In this document: piece by piece, positions 53,251 to 64,000 of the stretch
How positions within the stretch are numbered: the first letter of the stretch is position 1
How the letters are laid out: every line of letters starts with the position of its first letter
Source: Podarcis vaucheri
Lineage: Eukaryota
Strand: one strand, 5' to 3'
Length of the DNA: 64,000 nucleotides
Assembly (NCBI GenBank): GCA_965113315.1
Contig: OZ220372.1
The notes under the pieces: generated by a model
Told to the model about the DNA's origin: nothing
What the model saw: the letters and a program-made list of their open reading frames with translations, nothing else
The model's database searches: none
Made by a program: the position numbers and the translations under genes

Positions 53251-56200
53251 GGCGGCGGCGGAGCCGTCGACGGTGATGATGCCGCCGCCTCAGGGCCGGG
53301 GAGGGAAGGGGCTTAGCTGCGGCGGCAGAGGAGGAGGAGGCAGGCGGGGAAGGAGTGAGAGAGGGAGGGCGAAGGGGGGAAAGGCGAAGGGGAGGCAAAG
53401 AAGCTCAAAGAGGGGCCGGGGGGCGGAGGGACATCCCGGTGTCCATCGAGGGGGGGGGGCGCTGCTGCCCGCGAGCACTGAGGCCCTCAGAAACAGGCGC
53501 CGGAGTCTCGCGGAGCCCACGGCTGACGAGGCCTCCCGTTTGTTTTTGTTTCCCCCTTCGGGGGTTTGTTGTTTTTTCTTCTTCTTTCCTTTTCCTCCCC
53601 TTCTTGAGGCTCGCCGGAAGTGACGCGTCTGTTAAAAACCCTTTCTTGCGGAAGCGAGCCGTGAGCATACCCCTCCGCGAAGTAGTTTACGTTCAAAATA
53701 ATTAGTCCCGGCCGTCTCTGCCTCGGGGCTTAAGCCGCTCCTCTCTTCGCGCGAAGCTGGGGAGAAGGCACCGGCTCGTGTTCGCGAGTCGCCTGCTTTT
53801 GCTCCTGCAACGGGTCTAAACAGTGGGAGCAAGTTAGGCCGAGGCCCTTTTTTTCGGTTCGCGGAGGAATGTGCAGTGCGTTTTGTGTGATGGGGCCCGC
53901 TTCGGCAAGAGAACTTCCGGTGCCGACTGTCCATGTACCCCATTCTCTCCGTGTGCGAACAGACTCTGCCCCGCCCCCCTCCGTGGAATCTTTGCAGAGC
54001 CCCGCCCGCCTCTACGAGCCTTAATGCGCTCCTTTCTCTCACCTCCCCCACCCCCACCCCGCGTCCACTGGCGGAAGCCGCCTCAGCTGCAGCGTCTCTC
54101 TTGACGTTTCGCTCCCCCACCCCGCGTGCGAAACGGCCCACCTGAACTCCACCCACTTACAGTTCCCACAGCACCTGTCACTCTCCACATCTACCTTTCC
54201 TTCCCCGCCCTAACGGACGCCGCCGCCCGTTCTCGGTCGTCAGAGCAACCGTCCCTCCCCCCGAAGCGCCGCAGTTCCCTGACCCCCTCGGAGTCCCTCA
54301 GAGAACAATCCCTCGGGGGGACTGGCTGAGGCGGTTTTAGCCATAGTGATTAATTAAAACGACTTTCCAAGTAAATAAACTTGCCAGCTAACCAGAAAAA
54401 AAGAAAACAAAAACCACGAGTTCAGTGTTTTAAAATCGTTTACCTGCCACTTTTCCTCCTGCTGGCTGCAGTTTGAAATATTTTTTTTTAAACCTAGCCC
54501 TGCCTCTCGCTGCCTTGCACCAGCTGATAAAATATATTTTTATTCCAGTAGGCAACAATTTTAAAAAGTGCTTTTCTTTTTTAATGATTTAAAAAATCAT
54601 TGTTGCTTTTAAATGTATTTTTAACGTGTGTTTTTTAGCAGCATTACTCCGATTTTAAATTCTTGCAAGCCACTCTGAGGGATGTGTAATCACTAGAAGA
54701 GCAGGATAGATACAAATTAAAACAGGTTTCCCTGCCTGCAGACATTTTAATCCTTGCAGCAATCTTTGCGAGGGCAGGATAGGCTAAGTGGAGAAACAGC
54801 AGCCTACTTTGCAGGGCGTGAGGTTGCAGCACCCATGTTTGCTCAGAGAGATTCTGAGTATAGAGATTTTAATCTGGATGCTGTACATGCACTGGCTCTC
54901 GACACCTCATGCCTTTCTCTCCAAAAAAGATTGCTGGGAAGGTGCTGAGAATTGTAGCTCACTGAGTGGTAAACTACAGTTCCCAGGATTCTTATAGGGG
55001 TGTGTGTGTTTTGACCGCCATACTGCTCCAACTCTTTTTATGTCATGTTGGTGTGCAGAACTTCAGCCAATGACTTTTTCATAACATACATAACTGTGTT
55101 ATCCTCTTAAGGTCTTCTATTAATGGAACAATATCAGAGACTGGTTAAAAAAATAACAACAAACCCATAGGGGGGAAATGGAGGTACAATCTGTAGAGAA
55201 TTGGGGCTCACCCCTCCCAAACAAGGGAAAATTGCGTTGTTTGAAATTTAGACTCAATAATACAATACCATCCCTCAGCATCATCCCACAGCTTTTAGCT
55301 TAATTAATTATAATTATAATCAGATTTTTTAAAATATCTGTTTTTGACTTTGTTACAATGATAATGTTTTGGTTTGGTTTTTTGTGGGGGTGTTTTGTTT
55401 TTTGTTTACCTCTAAGAGCTTCTATTTACAATCAAGTGGTACATCCTTGCTTCTGGTCACTCACTGCCTTCCGAAACCTGGAAGCTAGAAGTGTTGAATA
55501 ATAGGTAGATAACCTTCTTTCAGGTTATTTCATATGGAATAAACTATGTACCCCTAGTTTTGTCATTAATCACCAACATCAACAAACTGTTGTAAACAGG
55601 AATAAAAGAAGAGAAAACAAACCACCTATATGCGTATGATTGTTCAGTCTCTTCTATTGTGTGGACAAAAGGGTTACTAATCTGCTTTTTCCAGGCAGCT
55701 CCACAACAAAAGTGGAGCAGAAGGGGGCGGGGACTGCTGTGATTCTGCTTTTGTCAAGGTCCTGAGCAAGAATTCGGAAGCGTATTTTCTATTCAATTTC
55801 ATTATTTTATTTTAAGGATTTATAAAACGTCCTTCAAATATGTTTCTGGGGGACTTTCAAAAAACATAATAGCATCACAATAGAAATAACAGCAATTCAT
55901 AAAGCAACAATTAGGACAACTAAACAAACACAGTATAAACCAATTGGGAAAATCCTGAGAAAATAAAAAGGTGGTTGTGTAATATAATATGGAAAGGTTG
56001 CCCTGTCTCACATTTATTCATTTTCATTTAATCTAAATTAATAACAAATGAATACCACCCCCTGATTCTATGCTGGCAGTTGCTAATAATGTTTAGGGTT
56101 GCGTTCTGCCTTGATTATGTACTGCAATAAATTCGCAATTATACCATTATGTAACCCCAGTGTTTACAGGAAGTTGGTTTGATGTGCTATGGCAAACTCT

Positions 56201-57111
56201 TGTCCATGATCCGCCTCACTGACTGTTTGCCAGGTGGCAGGTGTTTGATGAGCCCCCTGTTTACTTTTTACAGTCCCAGAAGGGCAAGAAAACCAGGAAA
56301 GCAAGCCCTTAATGCGTCATTATACATAGCTAGTAAGCTGAGCTTGATTTGGTTCATGTTTAGGCCGGAGCAAACTAATGTGTTCATTGCTTTTTAAAAT
56401 ATACAAACAACTTGATTCATGCCCATTCTTCAGCAATTCCCTTTCAACAGCCATTTAACACCCATAAATCCTGCAGCTGATGGTTTCCCCAACATGCAGA
56501 TTTGGTGCTAGGAAAAGCTTAGATTCTGCCCTGCGTCCCATAAATTAATGCCACTGACTTATTGGATCAGTAATTGATTTCCAACACTATTCAGGATTAT
56601 TCTGGGCACTTACAAACAGAACGTGAATATTACAGCCTTTCCCTTGTTTGTGTGCAGCATCTGGTATTAAAGAGATATATTGCTTCTGAACATGGAGGTT
56701 TGATTATTTGTTAAATGTATATCATATCTTTCTTCCACGGACCCCAAGGCAATATTTATAAAGCTTCCAGGCAGTCTCCTACCTGGGCACTGACCAATAT
56801 CCATTTCTGCTTAGAAATGGATCATGCATTTGTCTAATGCTATCTGCTGAACACCTGCTGACTTCCTGCTTGCCACACAGCTTTGTGACTATACAACTAA
56901 ACTAGTTCAAGGTTCTTGTCTTAATTTACAAAGCCCTTACCCCCTTGCACCAAGGATATAAACACCACCTTTATATCCAGCCCAATTACTAAGATTGTTG
57001 GGGGGAGTCTCTGTTGGTTGTCCCCCATGGCTCAGATGCATAGCTCATCATAACTACTAAAAGTGGTATACAAATGTCTGAAATAAATAATGAATTGTTC
57101 ACCTAAGAATA

Positions 57112-57409
57112 CAGTGGTACCTCGGGTTACAGATGCTTCAGGTTGCAGACGCTTCAGCTTACAGACTCTATATTTTGAAAAATAAATAAAAATGAACGAA
57201 TTCTTATGCTCCACAAATAAGATGCATTTTAACCCAGAAATAGTACCTCGGGTTAAGAACTTTGCTTCAGGATGAGAACAGAAATTGTGTGGCGGCGACA
57301 CAGCAGCAGTGGGAGGCCCCATTAGCTAAAGTGGTACCAGGTTAAGAACAGTTTCAGGTTAAGAATGGACCTCCAGAACAAATTAAATACTTAACCCCAG
57401 GTACCACTG
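57112..57409. mobile_element. Tigger-like MITE carrying an internal hAT-derived segment
   Basis: TA-cagtggtacctcgggtta ... taaccccaggtaccactg-TA. Confidence 0.88.
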
Positions 57410-57447
57410 TATTTTCAGAATGCAACCGGTTTGGTGCCTGACAACGT

Positions 57448-58018
57448 TGTCATGGGCTATTTGGATACAGAGGAATGGTGGGAAGAAACAGCTGGGGAAC
57501 CACCAAGGGAAGAAGGCTCAGAGCCCAGGAAGTGGTGATGGGACAACGATGAGTGGTCAGAGGGAGGAGGAAGTGTCAGAAGCTGAAGAGGTAGCAGGGC
57601 TTAGTGAGCAGACAGTATTTATGGCAGAGAGAAGTCCAGAAGCAGACGCTAAAGCAGGTGAGTGGGATGAGGGAGGCCAAGAGGCAGAGATGAATCAGGC
57701 TGGTGAAGGTGCACAGGTTTCTCCCCGTCCTGCTGCAACAAGCTCCCCTAGCTCCAGCCTGGTTTCCCAGAGCCAAGAGAGGCATGAAGAGGATGATGGA
57801 GAAATTAACGTCATACAGGCGCAGTCTCAGATTGCTTGGGGGAAACCCTGGAGACCCTTCAATCTCCACAGCTGCTTCATAAGGGCACCTACCAAACAAG
57901 AGCTGCTGTGCTTATTTGACCTAATACTCCTGTGCAGATCCTTTCCCCACCTAATAAAGAGTTAACTGTACTTACTTTGTTGCTCACCAGGGCAAGATAG
58001 GCCAATCCTGGCCTGACT
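57448..58018 (+). mobile_element. Probable solo LTR
   Basis: Starts TGTCATGGG, purine-rich body, AATAAA at 57953, ends near cctgac; no clear TSD. Confidence 0.45.
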
Positions 58019-58460
58019 GCACTGGTACCAATTAGGATTTTTTAAAGTACCAGAATGTATGTTGGAACAGTGTTTTGATAAATGGACTGTTGTCCACTTT
58101 TAAATTTACAGGATAGCCATGTTAGTCTGTTGTAGCAAAAACTAGAGTATTGTGGCACCTTAAATACTTGTAAATGCAATAAACTTTCATGAACTATTTA
58201 CCAGATGCACAAAGATCCTGAATTGACAAGCATCAATACACATGAGGGAATTTAGAGGATTATTGTTTTAAGTATTAAATAGTGATTTTACTATTTTTGT
58301 TGTTGTTCAGAGTGGTTTGGTAAGCAATGTAGTAAGTAAGCAATATAACAAACAAAGAGTTGTGGGGTGTGATCCCATCCACGCTTACAGCAAATACAAT
58401 GGGGCTTATTTCTTAATATATATTTAAAAGGACTTCACAGTTAATAGAATAGCTGATTTA

Positions 58461-58530
58461 TTTCTGCAATGCAGAGGGTTGGACTAGATGATCCTCAGGG
58501 TCCCTTCCAACTCTACAATTCTATGATTCT
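58461..58530 (+). mobile_element. CR1 LINE extreme 3' end
   Basis: gggttggactagatgatcctcagggtcccttccaactctacaattctatgattct. Confidence 0.8.
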
Positions 58531-58873
58531 GTAACAGCCACAATCCTGTACATGTTTACTCAGAAGTAAATCAATACTAAACGGAGTCTACTCCAAAGTA
58601 AGCATGTACAGGATTGGAGCAAGGAACACAGTCGGATTTATTTCCAAGCGAATATGCACAGAAGTGCAATGATAGCTGCAATCCTATGCACACCTCCCTA
58701 GGAATAAATACCATTAAACTCAGTGCCACTTTTTGCCGAGTAAGCTTATTAAAATTTGCAGTGTCATTGTCTTCAGGGGCACCAACCCTAGTTAAGTTTA
58801 TTCAGAAGTAGATCCCACTGCATAACGCCCAAACGTTAATGGGTTTTTTTGCCTCTTAGTAAACATAGGAATA

Positions 58874-59235
58874 GGACGCGGGTGGCGCTGTGGGCTAAAG
58901 CCTCAGCGCCTAGGGCTTGCCGATCGAAAGGTCGGCGGTTCGAATCCCCGCGGCGGGGTACGCTCCCGCTGCTCGGTCCCAGCGCCTGCCAACCTAGCAG
59001 TTCGAAAGCACCCCCGGGGGCAAGTAGATAAATAGGTACCGCTTACCAGCGGGAAGGTAAACGGCGTTCCGTGTGCGGCTCTGGCTCGCCAGAGCAGCGT
59101 TGTCACGCTGGCCACGTGACCCGGAAGTGTCTCCGGACAGCGCTGGCCCCCGGCCAATAGATGTGAGATGGGCGCACAAACCCCAGAGTCTGGCAAGACT
59201 GGCCCGTTCGGGCAGGGGTACCTTTACCTACCTTT
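58874..59235 (+). mobile_element. Sauria (Squam1) SINE, young and CpG-rich
   Basis: Head ggacgcgggtggcgctgtgg, B box ggttcgaatccc, tail acctttacctaccttt; perfect TSD aaacataggaat. Confidence 0.94.
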
Positions 59236-59282
59236 AAACATAGGAATGTGCTGTGCTTTGAAATTATCCCAAGTCTCTTAGC

Positions 59283-59418
59283 CAGGCATCCCCAACCTGC
59301 GGCCCTCCAGATGTTTTCGCCTACAACTCCCATGATCCCTAGCTAATAGGACCAGTGGTCAGGGATGGTGGGAATTGTAGTCCAAAACATCTGGAGGGCC
59401 GAAGGTTAGGGGTGCCTG
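59283..59418. mobile_element. Palindromic hAT-type MITE
   Basis: TIRs caggcatccccaacct / aggttaggggtgcctg; 8-bp TSD ctcttag(c/t). Confidence 0.88.
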
Positions 59419-59599
59419 CTCTTAGTTGATGCTGCAAACTGATTAACAGAGCGACTTCTCTGGAAATAAACGACGTAGTAATTTTTTACTCACTTAAGTG
59501 GGGGTTTAAGATACCAGAAAACGATTTGCTTTGATTTATATTAATTCCTTCTTTGCTTTCGTTTTGGCGAAGGGTTTGGATTAACTTTTAACATGCCTC

Positions 59600-59970
59600 T
59601 ATAAGCCTATCGCCGACTCCTCGCATGCGCCGCCGCTTTCCGTTCTTCCCACGTTTGGGCTTCGTTTCCCCTTGTAAACGAGAGTTTAAAAGTACTGCTG
59701 GATGGCAAGAGAGCTGGGATTGGGCGAAAAGCTCCGACTCCGTTTCTTACAGCTCTTTCGATTGGAGAATACTTGTAGGGGCGGAGGGGCCCTCGGCTTG
59801 GCTTTTTGGTTCGTCGGTTGAGAGGAGCACTAGCTGCGGCGCGAACGGGAGTGTTAGAGCGGTTAGTGTGTTTGGGGTGAGCGGCGGGGAGGCGTGGGAT
59901 GGCTGAAGTGGGGCAGGAGCGGAGAGAGACACGATGCAAACTGCTTGCTCCGTAGGGCGGGTTCACGGTG
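59600..59970 (+). promoter_or_regulatory. Second small CpG island, probable CCDC77 promoter and non-coding exon 1
   Basis: NRF1-like TCGCATGCGC (59621), inverted CCAAT boxes (59719, 59761), GC box GGGGCGGAG (59778), candidate donors gttagt and gtgagc; about 1 kb upstream of the ATG exon. Confidence 0.65.
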
Positions 59971-60918
59971 CTTTGCTAGGACAGAAAGGAAGGGGCTCCT
60001 GTTTGATTTTCATCTTTAAAAGTTAAGTTGGGGGGCGTCTAATTCAGATGACTAGGAGAGTAAAGATCCCCACTTATTATTACTATTACAGCGGGTTACA
60101 ACCATTAAAACGCAATACTCAGAAGCAATGTAAAAGATCTTACAGCCACAGAAATCAGGTGGGTCCCCAAAAATATGCCCAAGCAGGCAAATATACAGGT
60201 TTACAGCCAGCCCTCCTAGATTATTTTGGGGTGTGGGGTTGGATACAACCAACGTGTTGTGTTGCCTAGCAATTTGGGCTTGGGGGGAGTTGGGTTTAAG
60301 TCCCTTTTTAGCTAAAAGTACTCCTGGACCAGTCACTGTCTCTAAGACCACTCAACCTCACAGCTGTTTCAGGGATAAAAAGCGGGGTGGGGTGGTAAAA
60401 CGGTTTCACCAGCCCTAGATACGTCCCTTGCTAGCATCTGCTCATAACAACTTGCCACAATTTAAGCCACCTGTCTGACAGTCATATTACTTTATTTCTC
60501 TCTACCCCTTCCCATGACATCCTTCCTGTTTTGACTATCCCTGCTACCTTTCCCATTGCGTAGCATACATTAGCCCCTGAAGAAAGGTAGGGGCCTTTTG
60601 GTTGAAATTCCTAGCTCTGTGTGATAGGATAAATGTAATAAATCATTTATATGTGCACTATCGTGTATGAAGCCTGTTACAAGTGCATAGTTTGCCATAT
60701 CAGATTGGAAAATTGTTGGCTGCAGCACGGCTTGATTTCATGTGAATTTGGTTCTCAAACCACTTTCTTTGAGCACATGCATCTGTTTGTGAGGAAATAA
60801 AAATGGGCCACTAGAGAACCGTTAATACCTTTGGCTGAACCTTTGGCTTTATGCTTATGTTACCAAAGAGTAAAAAAAGGTATATTTGGCACTACTACAG
60901 GTGGTAGGAGTGAGCAAC

Positions 60919-63283
<2,365 letters not shown>

Positions 63284-63429
63284 TGAAGAGATCTGCAGGG
63301 AAGAATGTGGTGCATGCTTCCTATCCTAAGGTAGATGTTCTGCTGTCCAATCCCCTCTGCTGTTGTCCTAGAGTCTCGGGAAAAGGGCATGCAAAACAAG
63401 CAAAACAATAAAAGAGGTGGAGCAACTCC

Positions 63430-63740
63430 CACCCGAGGAAATGTTGCAGCATTTGGCACTTTTTAGTTTAGAGAAAAGGCAAATAAGAGGTGACATGTTA
63501 GAAGTTTATAAAGTTATTGCATAGCATGGAGAAAGTGGATAGAAAAGAGTTTTTCACCCTGGACAGCTATACAGCTGCAAATAAAATGTTTTAAGTGTGT
63601 TGTAAAGTGCAATATACAAATGTGGCACTAGGTGGCGACAGGGCTCAGGTTCTCCTTGCAGGCTTCTCATAGGCAGCTGGTTGACCATGGTGAGAACAGA
63701 GTGCTTGACTAGATGGGCCACTGGCCTGTTACACCAGGCT
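63430..63740 (+). mobile_element. Degraded CR1 ORF2 C-terminus and 3' end fragments
   Basis: LFSLEKRQIRGDMLEVYK motif; gactagatgggccactggcctg. Confidence 0.65.
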
Positions 63741-64000
63741 GGAAGGACTTCAAAGACTATTTCTTTCCTTTTTGCTGAACGGCTGTGTTAGGATATGCAA
63801 AGCAGTTGGCAATCTGAGTCCTCATTTTGAGTAGGAAGGAGTTACTATATGCTCCGTCAATTCTTTGTGGAACAGATGCAACATTAGTGAGAAGAGAGAA
63901 AGAAATGGGATAGGGAAAATTGGGGGCCTTTCACTACACACTGTCTTTACATAAGATCTTGTTCAGCAGCCAGATTCTACAGGAAAGAGAATTTCTCCAG

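Noticed and set aside
58874-58960. tRNA-like A and B boxes (also in the other SINE heads)
   Set aside because: tRNA-derived SINE heads with SINE bodies, tails and TSDs; not tRNA genes.

Overview
Eukaryotic genomic DNA from a squamate reptile; the Sauria/Squam1 and Squam3-type SINEs point to a lacertid lizard (inference). The window holds the complete histone H3K4 demethylase gene KDM5A (JARID1A/RBP2) on the minus strand. I resolved 28 coding exons from ATG 53250 to TAG 11966. They splice to 5088 nt (1695 aa plus stop) with consistent phases and carry JmjN, ARID, PHD1, JmjC, C5HC2, PLU-1, PHD2, LxCxE and PHD3. The first three coding exons of CCDC77 lie divergently on the plus strand (60919 onward), and a probable SLC6A13-type promoter and non-coding exon 1 sits near 1.5 kb. 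The rest is transposon-rich intron/UTR: Sauria and Squam3 SINEs, BovB/RTE, CR1, L2, hAT and Tigger MITEs, and a probable solo LTR. I found no new protein-coding system. The most interesting observations are (i) a 65-bp piece of a hAT MITE found inside a Tigger MITE 37 kb away, (ii) an inverted Squam3 SINE pair in the putative long KDM5A 3' UTR, (iii) a GC-AG intron and a NAGNAG acceptor in KDM5A, and (iv) tail/target microhomology at all RTE-driven insertions. Repeat family names come from motif recognition, not from a database search.
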